NCBI GenBank assembly: GCA_030141605.1
Contig: JAQGDQ010001558.1
Span: 1-34,810 of the forward strand
Origin: Tubiluchus corallicola
Lineage: Eukaryota; Animalia; Priapulida
DNA length: 34,810 nt
Direction: 5' to 3'
This document shows, one piece after another, positions 1-11,110 of the stretch. The notes below the pieces were generated by a model that saw nothing but the letters and a program-made list of their open reading frames with translations, was not told where the DNA came from and did not search any database. The position numbers and the translations under genes were made by a program. Positions within the stretch are counted from its first letter, which is position 1, and every line of letters starts with the position of its first letter.

Positions 1-33
<33 letters not shown>

Positions 34-114
34 TTCTCTGCTCTCTCTCTCTCTCCCCTCTCTGTCTCTCTCTCTTCCTCTGTCTTTTTCTCTCTCTTTC
101 TCTTCTCTTCCTCT

Positions 115-151
<37 letters not shown>

Positions 152-160
152 CGCTCTCTC
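1..160. repeat. (CT)n microsatellite, imperfect
   Basis: Direct inspection; mirrored as (GA)n at 2742..2935. Confidence 0.95.
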
Positions 161-1078
161 TCCCAGCCTTTCTTTCTCTATACTTTTCTGTAGCGCTTTC
201 GTCTTCCCTCGCACCCTCATTTTCCCTTCCAGTTCCATCTCTAAGTTTTTCATGAAGTTCAGCCATACTTGTAGAAAACTACATTCGCGTTATCAGAAAT
301 TCTTCATATTGTCAGTGGCTTGGGGAGCTTTTAACTGACTGACTGTGAGAATAGCTGTGGGCGTTTAAAAGCTGTCTAGCCTGAAAACTAATCATCTCGC
401 ATTCTTTACGCTAAAATTACCATCATAACAGAGAATAATCATCGGCGTAACTATATAGAGGCAAACATATCTGACTATTGGACCAACACAACATGATCTG
501 TAATTGGTATTGCAATGTATAAACACTCTGTAATAACTGCAATATGATATAATATCTGCAATATCATTCATATCATCGCGCACTTTTGTGACTTTGTAGT
601 AAAAATGAATGGCCAATATTAGCTTGTTAAACTAAGACAGGCCTAAATACAGAATTTGTTTTGATGACAATGACATTTTCTTTACATCCTTGGACTGTAA
701 TTTTTAAACGTCTTCCAAAAAGTAAAGAAATGGCAGATAACAAAGTCACAGACAACCAAAATGTAGAAGGTTCAGACATTTGATCAAAAGGTAAATGCTA
801 GAAGTATCTAAACAAGATTAAAAACGCTATTTGTATATTCGTGAGTTTCCTCTCTCTACAAAAACACGAAAACAGGATTGGAATTTAAAGTAGTTTTAGG
901 TTTTTTTTAAATCAGCATTAGCAAACGCAGGTAAACTAATGCTGACCGTATATGGGCCCAAGTCCTGCACTCTTTCACAGCCTAGATCTAACGTCTTTCT
1001 ATTTAACAATCAAACTTCTATATACACCTGTAATCAGGGGCCCTGGTATCAGGAATAGACTGTAATAACTCTCAAACA
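1..1078. repeat. Left arm of long inverted repeat A (runs off the left edge of the window)
   Basis: Reverse complement aligns by eye to 1823..2935, including the CT/GA microsatellite and the twin 74-aa ORFs 392..616(-) and 2287..2511(+). Scattered substitutions and small indels, roughly 3-5% (estimate). Confidence 0.97.
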
Positions 1079-1254
1079 ATGTTTGCTCCTTGTTATCAGC
1101 TGACATTTGTTCATCGTACTTGCAAAAGATTTCAAATGCAATACCTTTTATATCTGACTGAGAAAAAGCGAATACAATACTTGCCATGTGTAGATTATTT
1201 TCGTTAAGTACGGTAATTTGCATAAAAACAGCCGCGCTACACGTAATATCTTAC

Positions 1255-1438
1255 CCATAATCAGTGGTCCAACTTCTTTGAAAAAGGCGTGGTACCCATC
1301 TTGCGTGTATCCGAGGAACATAGTGAATATGCCACATATGATGAGAAAACCCCCTAAGAACATGAAAGTTCTGGCAATGTCTCTTCGAGTTCGCTCTGAG
1401 CACGTGCATATGTCGTGCAGTAAACGTCTCACAGGCAT
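1255..1438 (-). CDS. Two-TM membrane protein, coding exon 1 (inverted relative to exons 2-3); TMEM200/PIRT-like architecture
   Basis: MPVRR...FMFLGGFLIICGIFTMFLGY...VGPLIM-G ends at a strong donor ATG G|gtaaga (phase 1). A strong upstream acceptor (long polypyrimidine tract + ttacag) lies at 1667..1700 on the same strand. The LGY...GPLIMG pattern recalls TMEM200-type proteins (family call tentative). Confidence 0.75.
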
Positions 1439-1822
1439 CCCTAATGAGATGACGTCATGATTCCACTTACTTCAGGTGTGATCACCACCTTGTCAAAGAG
1501 GTAATGCATGATTTCAAGCAAAGTGTTAATTGTCTGTTCATGATTAAGTTTTATGTTGCAGCTGAAGAAGATGAAAGTGCCTTTCACCAGGTATCACGTG
1601 ATTTCACCTCACCTGGGCGCCATGATTCTTCTCATTCCTTCCTCTCGTCTGGCTGATTTAAGTTACCTGTAAAAGAAAACAAAAAAGAAAGAAAAAATTT
1701 TAACATATTTTAGTATTAGATAAACAGTCAGACAATCATCACGGCAAATAAAACCGCGGCAAGCGGATACTGAAGACGGTCACCTATCAGTTTACTGACC
1801 AGGTTTGATAAGGTTGCTTAGC

Positions 1823-2760
1823 TGTTTGAAGAGAGTTATTACAGTCTATTCCTGATACCAGGGCCCCTGATTACAGGTGTATATTAGAAGTTTGATTGTT
1901 AAATAGAAAGACGTTAGATCTAGGCTGTGAAAGAGTGCAGGACTTGGGCCCATATACGGTTAACATTAGTTTACCTGCGTTTGCTAATGTTGATTTAAAA
2001 AAACTCTAAAACTACTTTAAATTCCAATCCTATTTTCGTGTTTTCGTAGAGAGGAAGCTCACGATATACAAATGGCGTTTTTAATCCTGTTTTGACACTT
2101 CTAGCATTTACCTTTTGATCAAATTCTGAAACTTCTACATTTTGGTTATCTGTGACTTTGGGTTATCTGCCATTTCTTTACTTTTTGGAAGACGTTTAAA
2201 AATTACAGTCCAAGGATGTAAAGAAAATGTCATTGTCATCAAAACAAATTCTGTATTTAGGCCTGTCTTAGTTTAACAAGCTAATATTGGCCATTCATTT
2301 TTACTACAAAGTCACAAAAGTGCGTGATGATATGAATGATATTGCAGATATTACATCATATTGCAGATATTACAGAGTGTTTATACATTGCAATACCAAT
2401 TACAGATCATGTTGTGTTGGTCCAAGAGTCAGATATGTTTGCCACTATATACGTACGCCGATGATTATTCTCTGTTATGATGGTAATTTTAGCGTAAAGA
2501 ATGTGAGATGATTAGTTTTCAGGCTAGACAGCTTTTAAACGCCCACAGCTATTCTCACAGTCAGTCAGTTAAGAGCTCCCCAAGCCACTCACAATATGAA
2601 GAATTTCTGATAACGCGAATGTAGTTTTCTACAAGTATGGCTGAAGTTCATGAAAAAACTTAGAGATGGAACTGGAAGGAGAAAATGAGGGTGCCAGGGA
2701 AGAGGAAAGCGCTACAGAAAAGAATAGAGAAAGAAAGGATGGGAGAGAGAGCGAGAGAGG

Positions 2761-2839
<79 letters not shown>

Positions 2840-2856
2840 TAAGAGAGAGGGAGAGA

Positions 2857-2935
<79 letters not shown>
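1823..2935. repeat. Right arm of long inverted repeat A
   Basis: Starts tgtttgaagagagttattacagtc, the reverse complement of 1057..1078 with a 3-nt insertion. Ends in the (GA)n tract that mirrors 1..160. Confidence 0.97.
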
Positions 2936-2941
<6 letters not shown>

Positions 2942-3199
2942 AGAGAAAATTGGAAGAAAATGGGTTGAAGTTCAATACTTAATTGCTGACGCTACTTAGT
3001 CTGATGTTAAGTGATCATGACAACACTAATAACCCACATCGACACTTTGACATTTCATAATAAACTTTGCCCAAACTAGTGGGAATCAAAGATGTGAAAT
3101 TTAATCATCACAGGTTTTCAGGCGAGCAGTTCCGGTTTCTGTCGCTGCGTTCTGTGTTAAATAAACGGTAATTGTCCTTCGTGATTAAGGTGACATATC

Positions 3200-3422
3200 G
3201 TTGTTGTATTGCTGTTGTTGTTGTTGATGTTGCTGCTGTTGTTGTTGTTGCTGCTGCTGTTGTTGTTGTTGTTGTTGCTGCTGCTGCTGCTGCTACTACT
3301 GCTGCTGTTGCTACTGCTGCTGTTGCTACTGCTGCTGTTGCTGCTACTGCTGTTGCCGCTGCTGTTGTTGTTGTTGTTGTTGTTGCTGCTGCTGTTGCTG
3401 CTGCTGTTGCTGTTGCTGCTGC

Positions 3423-3454
<32 letters not shown>

Positions 3455-3472
3455 TCGCTTCAGTTGTTGCTG
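3200..3472. repeat. (GTT)n/(GCT)n compound trinucleotide microsatellite
   Basis: Direct inspection; source of the poly-L and poly-V/A ORFs. Confidence 0.95.
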
Positions 3473-3899
3473 TTTCTTTTCAGACGCGGCACCTCAATGA
3501 ATCTGATGCAGAATCCAGTTTTGGTTACTCGGTGGCCGGTGAGAAGAAAGTATGCATCCAGTATATGGTTCCAGTTTGCGTCCATTCGGCTACTCATTTC
3601 ACCGTCAGACCTGGACAGTATTAAGCACTCGCGTATGCTGATGGCTTCTAATCAGAGCTGATAACGCTCTATTAACAGCAATCGTGCTAACACGCTCGGT
3701 CAGACCGATCAGGGAAGTGCATTCGCTCGATGAGGATCTGAGTTTCGCTGCTTCATTTACTATGAGTAAAAGCTAAACGTTGAATGACGACGTGTTACTA
3801 CATTGGACTTTACAGCATTTGACAAAACTTTACCACAATTCCTTGATTTAAAATTAATAAGTCATAAAACTACTTGAAACATAGAATAAGGGCTCTTAA

Positions 3900-4225
3900 T
3901 AGAGATTAAGCCACCATGAGCAAAAGTTGTTTGATCTTGTGTATTGTGTCTTTGACCTCTGACCTTCTGAACCAAGCAAAGGCCTTACCCAAACCTATCA
4001 AGTTTGGTAATCGTGGCTTCATCGTTTTTGATTTTATGGGCAAATTTGCTTTTGGCGACCTTGAACTTTTATCTTCTCAAACCAAATTAATTGCTTTCTA
4101 GGTTTTGTCCAGACCTGGGCTTGTGCCAAGTTTGCTGATTACGTATCATTGCATTTTATTTTATTGTGCAGACGAACGGACAGACGGACAGACAGGCTGA
4201 CAAATGGACAGACAGGCAGACACCT
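3900..4225 (+). mobile_element. Decayed non-autonomous element of pearl/DINE-1/Helentron-associated type
   Basis: tttgacctctgacctt, gaccttgaact and (c)caagtttg core motifs each occur in two degenerate units, followed by an (ACGG/ACAG)n tract at 4168..4221. This layout is typical of such invertebrate elements; family is inferred, not searched. Confidence 0.5.
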
Positions 4226-4384
4226 ATCAAAAAGTCACAACAACTCACAAAATTATGATTAGCCAAACCCAAAACGTTTGAACACACATAAAAGTTACAA
4301 AATTCAAGAACTCACAATACTTCAGAAAATCACAATGAATCGACTCGCAAATTACAATAATTCACTCAGTTTCAGCAGTTGACA

Positions 4385-5135
4385 AACTTACAACAACTCA
4401 CAAACTTACACGAACTCACAAAGTTACAACTTACAACAACTCGTAAAGTTTGACGGACACACGAAGGTTACAACAACTCAAAGACCTACACGAACTCACA
4501 AAGTTACAACTTACAACAACTCGTGAAGTTAGACGAACACACGAAGGTTACAACAACACACAAACTTACAACAACTCACAAAGTTACAACTTACAACAAC
4601 TCGTGAAGTTAGACGAACACACGAAGGTTACAACAACTCACAAACTTACACCAACTCACAAAGTTACAACTTACAATAACTCACAAACTTACACGAACTC
4701 GCAAAGTTACAACTCACAAATTTACAAGAACTCACAAAGTTACAACTTACAACAACTCACAAACTTACAGGAACTCACAAAGTTACAACTTACAACAACT
4801 CGTGAAGTTAGACGAACACACGAAGGTTACAACAACTCACAAACTTACATGAACTCACAAAGTTACAACTCACAAATTTACAAAAACTCACAAAGTTACA
4901 ACTTACAACAACTCACAAACTTACAGGAACTCACAAAGTTACAACTTACAACAACTCGTGAAGTTAGACGAACACACGAAGGTTACAACAACTCACAAAC
5001 TTACACGAACTCACAAAGTTACAACTTACAACAACTCACAAATTTACACGAACTCGCAAAGTTACAACTTACAACAACTCGTGAAGTTAGACGAACACAC
5101 GAAGGTTACAACAACACACAAAATGACACAACTCA
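4385..5135. repeat. A/C-rich minisatellite with higher-order structure
   Basis: Subunits acaacaactcacaaactt, acgaactcacaaagttacaactt and cgtgaagttagacgaacacacgaaggtt are shuffled, with a 156-bp (52-codon) block repeated in tandem. Confidence 0.93.
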
Positions 5136-5255
5136 TGAGGTAATAAGGTAATAAGTCAGAACAGCTCAAGAAATTACAACAAATCACACAGCAACTAAAC
5201 GGTTGAAATGGCGACGTAATTTTAATCCGAAATTATCTGCTCTCTTGTTTTTTAG

Positions 5256-5369
5256 GTACTGGTTTCCTATGTTCTGCAATATGCACCGGAATTTACTGCC
5301 AAATGTACAAGAAGAGACTGGACCAAGAAAAGAGAGAATCAGTGCACAGACCGGTACCCCATTTCAACG
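5256..5369 (+). CDS. Two-TM membrane protein, coding exon 2
   Basis: tctcttgtttttag|GT ACT GGT...TTC AAC G|gtaac, 114 nt, phase 1 to phase 1. Reads (G)TGFLCSAICTGIYCQMYKKRLDQEKRESVHRPVPHFN, completing TM2 with a positive-inside KKR. Confidence 0.75.
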
Positions 5370-5440
5370 GTAACATTCTAAATGAAATCGGTGTAAAATG
5401 GTTTATTGAATTCTTTAAGTTCACCTAGTTATTAAAACAT

Positions 5441-5950
5441 GAGACGGGACGGGACAGGATAGGGCATAAGAGATCAGGACAGGACTGGAAAGGACGGGAC
5501 GGGACTGGAAGGGATGCGGCTGGACAGAGCAAAAGATAGGACAAGATAGGATAGGACAGGGCAGGACAGGACAGAATAGGTCAGGACAGGGCAGGACGGG
5601 ACGGGACGAGACAGGACAAGACAGGATAGGGCAGAATATGTCAGGACAGGATTAGACAGGACAGGACGGGACGGGACGGGCGGGACGGGACGAGACAGGA
5701 CAAGACAGGATAGGGCAGAATATGTCAGGACAGGATTAGACAGGACGGGACGGGACGAGACGAGACAGGACAAGACAGGATAGGGCAGAATATGTCAGGA
5801 CAGGATTAGACAAGACGGGACGGGACGGGACGGGGCAGGACAGGGCAGAATATGTCAGGACAGGATTGGACAAGAAGGACAGGACAGGACGGGACGGGAC
5901 CGGACAGGGCGGGACAGAACAAAAGGTAGGACAAGACAGGACTGGACAGA
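5441..5950. repeat. (GGACA/GGACG)n pentamer-based satellite
   Basis: Pentamer runs interleaved with a recurring gggcagaatatgtcaggacaggatt block (four close copies plus a variant). Confidence 0.93.
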
Positions 5951-7219
5951 ATAGAGGAACAAACTCGGTTACGTTACTTTTACTTTGTCGCAATGCCCAG
6001 TTTATATTCTTGTAGATTGTGTCTCTAAATTGTTATTAAAATTCAATTTCGCTTCAGATTTTTCAGAGAAAAGCTGCTTTATTCCACGATCAACAGCAGC
6101 TTAAACGAAATCTGAAGCCTTTGCTTCTCTTAACCGTCATTACTTCGTAGCATCAACCCCACGGGGACCTCCAGCGGCGTTTTCACTAACAGAATGTCAC
6201 ATAAACCTCAATCGACACGTGCATCGATCCTTTGCAATTACATTCAAGCTGCTGCCCAAGTGAAAGCGATAAGAAGACACCGTTACCAATTAAATGTTAG
6301 TTACTTGACCTGTAAGTGGCTTCCCGGAAATATCTATACGAGCCTGAAAATGGCTTCCTTGAACACACGTACAGACGTATTTGACAAACACTTTTAAGTG
6401 TTTTAAACAAATAGTTTAAGCACCGGACAAGTGCAGTGAAAGTTCCCGCCTTTTGGCAAGATTTAAACGTGTTTCTGTGAGCATGTTTAGTTTGTCGAGA
6501 ATCTACTAAGCTGGAGTGGCCAGTTAAAACATTGCCGAAAATTCTATCGTGATAACAGCAAGTGGCACGTGTTCAACTTCTGTTTGATCCACTTTCGAGA
6601 TTTGCATCGTATCATTTTCTGATTAACGATGACTATATTTAGCTAAATGATTTCACTAGTCTTATGAAACAAAACTAATCTAAGTAAATATAGCAATTTG
6701 TAGTTATAAGATAAAACAAGCGCTCAGTGTCATTCACCCCCCCCCCCCCCATTCCAACAAACAAGCTGCATTGTATAAGTTTAACCTTGACCTGACATGA
6801 CTTTGAACAGGCTGATCACACTGAGGCGGTTCACTTAAATTAGATTTTTAGTGAGCTTTAAACTTATTGGTTCAGAATTAAGTCAGCATTTTATCGCGAT
6901 AGTTGTGCTTAACGATGTGCGGTGCATGTGGTGCATCGGTGACTTGTGCGGATTGATTTGTGTAGTAGCACAGAAATCACTAGGCGAGTGGCAAAAATGT
7001 AGACATTTTAAGTAGTCGGCTAAGCAGATGAGTGAACCACAATTTGGAACGTTTCGTAAAAACACCTTGGTAGAATTTTTACAAAAACACATTTATAAGC
7101 ACACGATGTTGCTGCTGTTTTTTGGCAATATTCCGAGAAAAACATGAATAAACCATTTCGGTGAACCTTTTCAGCATTAAGAGACTAGGCGAGTCGTGTA
7201 AAATATTTGTACATTTCAG

Positions 7220-7407
7220 ATTTGGACTCATATATGAAGTACGTCGACGAGCACCAGGCAGAACTGATCGAACAATCGCCATCTTACGTCAGCTCTGAAC
7301 CCTTCCAGTTGCCTTGGGAACCCAGAGATGAGGAAGAGGAAGAAAAGGTGAACAAGCGACCTTCGTTACAAGTGGCCTCAACCGTGCGACGAGAGAGTAC
7401 AGTATAA
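7220..7407 (+). CDS. Two-TM membrane protein, terminal coding exon 3 (acidic cytoplasmic tail)
   Basis: acatttcag|AT TTG GAC, phase 1. Reads (D)LDSYMKYVDEHQ...RRESTV*. Exon lengths 184+114+188 = 486 nt = 161 aa + stop. Confidence 0.72.
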
Positions 7408-7569
7408 CGTAGCATTTTGCCAACGTCAAAACGTTGCAACTTTTCTCGAGACCGTGGAGGTCACAAACCCTATTCGGATTGTGAAAGTTTTTTTTTGCAG
7501 AATTTTTTCATGCTTTTCGCAGGCAGGTTTGCATTCCCCAGTGCTGCAGTATTGTTTGTGTATAAATTT

Positions 7570-7980
7570 ACATGAACATGGCTTTACATGAACATGGCTT
7601 CACATGAACGTGGCTTTAAATGAACGTGGTTTCGCATGAACGTGGCTTCACATGAACGTGGTTTCACATGAACATGGTTTTACATGAACGTGGCTTCACA
7701 TGAACGTGGTTTCGCATGAACGTGGTTTCGCATGAACGTGGCTTCCCATGAACGTGGTTTCACATGAACATGGTTTTACATGAACGTGGCTTCACATGAA
7801 CGTGGTTTCGCATGAACGTGGTTTCGCATGAATGTGGCTTCACATGAACGTGGCTTCACATGAACGTGGTTTCACATGAACGTGGTTTTAAATGAACGTG
7901 GTTTCGCATGAACGTAGTTTCACATGAACATGGTTTTACATGAACGTGGCTCCACTTGAACATAGCTTCACATGAATACG
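7570..7980. repeat. 16-bp minisatellite (catgaacgtggyttca), about 25 copies, decaying towards ~8100
   Basis: Direct inspection of unit periodicity. Confidence 0.95.
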
Positions 7981-8456
7981 ATTTTACTTAAATATGGCTT
8001 CACTTGAACATGGGTTCATCTGAACATTGTTCATACGAACACAACTTTACTTGAATATGGTTTTAGCATAAAATCGTATATTTTCACATGAATATGCTTT
8101 CACGTACGGATGGCTTCATTTGGTACTGTTGATACTTTGCAGTGCTTTGTGGTGGCTAATGTTTAATGACTTGTCCGAGTGAGTAAGTCACCTAGGCAAT
8201 GAGTCATTTATGAAAGAGAAAACAGTAAAAAATTCACAGTTTTTTCGCAATGGTTAGGTCGTGTTTGCTAAGCGTTTGGCTCTGTCGGGAATCTACTGTG
8301 ATGGAATGGTCAATATTGATTGATAGTATCTAAATAAACATTTTTACGCTTTTGGTATACTTGTAGTTGTATAGTAAAGCCTTCATAATGTCTAACTCAA
8401 ACACCGTAGGATTTGGTGAACATTGTTTTTAATTGTACATTAATTAGTGACACCAT

Positions 8457-8458
<2 letters not shown>

Positions 8459-8516
<58 letters not shown>
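8459..8516. repeat. (TG)n microsatellite
   Basis: Direct inspection. Confidence 0.97.
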
Positions 8517-8521
<5 letters not shown>

Positions 8522-9152
8522 CTGTGTGTTCGTGCATGCGTGTGTGTTATCAATGTATTCTTTGTTGTAAAACGAAATAAAATGAGGTGAGTTAAATGTT
8601 TCCTTGTTTTTAAATGTGAATGAGTTTTTTCTAATACCACGTGAAGTGAACTTAAGAAGACCACTGCAAATTTAGCAGGAAGAAAGCAAAACTTGCTGCG
8701 TACTAGTAAGAGTGTCACGGAAAACATTGACAACTGCTGTTATAGAGATAAACATGTTTTTGCCAACGTTTCTAATTTTAATTCATATTTATTCACTTAC
8801 AGGCACGCTTATGTCAGTGTACGCTTATGGTGGGACTACTATGATATCAAAAAGATAACGTATTATGTAAGTGTAAACGAAATATATTTCAACATCTTTG
8901 GTCCAATATTTACAATGTTACAAGAAACAAGTTTAACAAACTAAGACAGGTTAGAGCAAAATTTGAAATGAGCAAACATTAAAATTCAAGACAAAATCAA
9001 TTAAAAATCTAAGAAAAATACAAAACAGTGATTTATAAAACCACACACAGAACAAAACAAAACCACTGGAACATTAATATAATTAACTAATAAGAATTTA
9101 ATTGACATAACAATAAATTATCACAATGCGCCCTCTATCCGACGTGACGTCA

Positions 9153-9228
9153 TTACTTGAGCTTTACTGTGGGTCTTTCTTTGCAGTACGTAGTGTTTGG
9201 ATACAGGTAGCAATGTAGCATCTTAAAC
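9153..9228 (-). CDS. fng: Fringe exon 8 (terminal)
   Basis: tactag|G FKMLHCYLYPNTTYCKERPTVKLK* (cf. FRSIHCHLYPDTPWC). Total CDS 1149 nt = 382 aa + stop, all phases consistent. Confidence 0.96.
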
Positions 9229-9419
9229 CTAGTATAAAAATAAAAGGTGCTTACTTGCAAGTTTGGCAAGTACATAAAAGCAGAAGATACAAGCTTGCAA
9301 GTTTGGCGAGTACATAAAAGCAAAAGATACAAGCTTCCAAAAATACAAGGGTGCAATATGTACAAAAGTACCCCACTTATTATTAGTGAAAAACTTGCTG
9401 AATTCAATTTTGAATGAAA

Positions 9420-9620
9420 GAAAATGAAAAAAGTCAGGGCTGAGACAGATTTGAACCAGAGAGTTTTAGATTACAGGCTGCAATTCTGTCCAAGTAGCCT
9501 TATTCAGGATCTACCATGATCACAAGATACTGTGTTGCTTAAACTCTAGCAGTCAAGGCGTTGAACTTGTAGTCCAAAAGTCTTTGGTTCAAATCAAAGC
9601 GACATCTCATTTTTTCCACA
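9420..9620. mobile_element. Degenerate fold-back (MITE-like) element with tRNA B-box-like arms
   Basis: gatttgaaccagaga...ttacagg pairs with ttgtagtccaaaagtctttggttcaaatc; same design as 14475..14585. Confidence 0.55.
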
Positions 9621-10153
9621 TCCTTATTTTGGTAAAGTTCGCAAATTTAATAATTGTAAATTCTTTCAATCATTAATAATAACTTCAAATTAATTTTATA
9701 AATAATAACTATTTATTATTTTTCATTATGATGCGTCCCGTGCAAGTCGTGAGGCACTCAAAAGTTTATTTCACATAGAAACGATTATTCCTCCTGCTGT
9801 CTGTTATCAAGGAAATAGTTACCACATTTGGCCAAGCATAGCAGTGAACTCCTGCCACTTCCAAAAGTATTACATGAACAGATTAGCAGAATTGTTAGAC
9901 AAATACTGTGCTTTGTGTTTCGTTTTTGAAGGGTTTCATACACATGTACATAGCACCTACATATATCTAGTTGATTACAAAGCTTGCATACTGTAGATAG
10001 GTTTCCAGTTAGCAAATACATTACGCAAGTTAGCTGTTTAGTTGTAATTTTAATTTGTTTAATTAATTATATATTGATCTATATTGACTGTAGTTGCCAA
10101 AAACATTATAATAAGCTAATTATATTTTTAAAAAAAAAACAGAAGGCTATTAC

Positions 10154-10263
10154 CTAGTAAAGTCGTCTGGCCAGGGGTCAGCAAAGACGTCTAGCACGTT
10201 CGTCCTGTAGGGATACCTGGCATAACTGGTCCTGTTGGGATCCCTGGCATAACTAAACGATAA
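10154..10263 (-). CDS. fng: Fringe exon 7
   Basis: tttcag|LSFSYARDPNRTSYARYPYRTNVLDVFADPWPDDFT AG|gtaat; 110 nt, phase 0 to 2 (cf. VTLSY...N...DPSR). Confidence 0.92.
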
Positions 10264-10534
10264 CTGAAATAAACATAAAACACATTTAAGCAAAGCTCAA
10301 CAGCTGCAATTAAAGTGTGGCAACATTTGGTCTTGTAGATAATTTGATCAGTGACCACATTAGAGGCCACGTGACTTTTTCAAACACGTTGCTCTTGTAA
10401 TTTTTATGTACAATTTCTATAAGCTGGGACCAGCACTCAGTGGCGGGTAGACTTAATGTGAATCGTGCCTGGCAAGACTAGAATCTATCCAGTCGCTATG
10501 AGTAAGATAGATGAAAGTTCCCGGAACAAACACT

Positions 10535-10600
10535 GCACTCAACGTTCACCCATCCATTCATCGACCAGACTTAGTAATGCTTCACTTCTATCGATAAGCA
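10535..10600 (-). mobile_element. 5S rRNA-derived (SINE3-like) fragment
   Basis: Reverse complement gaagtgaagcattactaagtctggtcgatgaatggatgggtgaacg parallels the 5S internal control region (GAAGCTAAGCAGGGTCGGGCCTGGTTAGTACTTGGATGGGAGACCG). Confidence 0.5.
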
Positions 10601-11079
10601 CATACACACGACTACGCGGTTATTCACCTGTACCTTAGATGTCCCTGACTGCAGAACAGGGGGTGTCCTTCACACATAAATCCAAAACAAGATTCCTGCT
10701 TCACTAAATCACAAAAAGAGTGCGCATGTCCGAAAATAAGTGAGGAAGGAAGAAGGCGGCAATCTTAACCTTCTGCGATTTAGTTCAATTAAATTTTGTG
10801 TTAATGAACCAGCAGTCTGGGGTTTACGTTCTACGTGTCACGGAACAAGGGGAAAGTATTGAGATACATTTTCTGATTATTAAAATCAATTACCAAAGAA
10901 ATTGACCAAAACGTATAGCACCTACAGGCAGTGTAAAAAATGGGATTAGGGGACGAACAACCACACCCAACGATCTATTTCCAAGCACCTTCTCCATAGA
11001 TTCGTCAAAGGTTTTTCTGAAATTTCAAGTTATGCGACAAGCAATAGACGGAGCTTTGACTAACAGAAAGGCTAAGCAT

Positions 11080-11110
<31 letters not shown>

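Noticed and set aside
392-616. Twin 74-aa ORFs (392..616 - and 2287..2511 +) as duplicated genes
   Set aside because: Non-ATG (TTG) start, no recognisable motif; they simply reflect the inverted repeat arms.
1-2935. Inverted repeats A and B as TIRs of DNA transposons
   Set aside because: No transposase, outer ends and target-site duplications are not visible, the two pairs are unrelated in sequence, and the arms look like ordinary intronic DNA. Not fully excluded without flanks.
2685-3661. Poly-ER, poly-SL, poly-L and poly-V/A ORFs
   Set aside because: Translations of (GA)n and (GCT/GTT)n microsatellites.
4450-5151. 233-aa ORF as a protein-coding gene
   Set aside because: Lies entirely within a minisatellite, has a TTG start, and cycles through repeat frames.
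9420-9620. Functional tRNA genes at the B-box-like motifs (also 14545 and ~25640)
   Set aside because: No complete cloverleaf or acceptor stem could be built.
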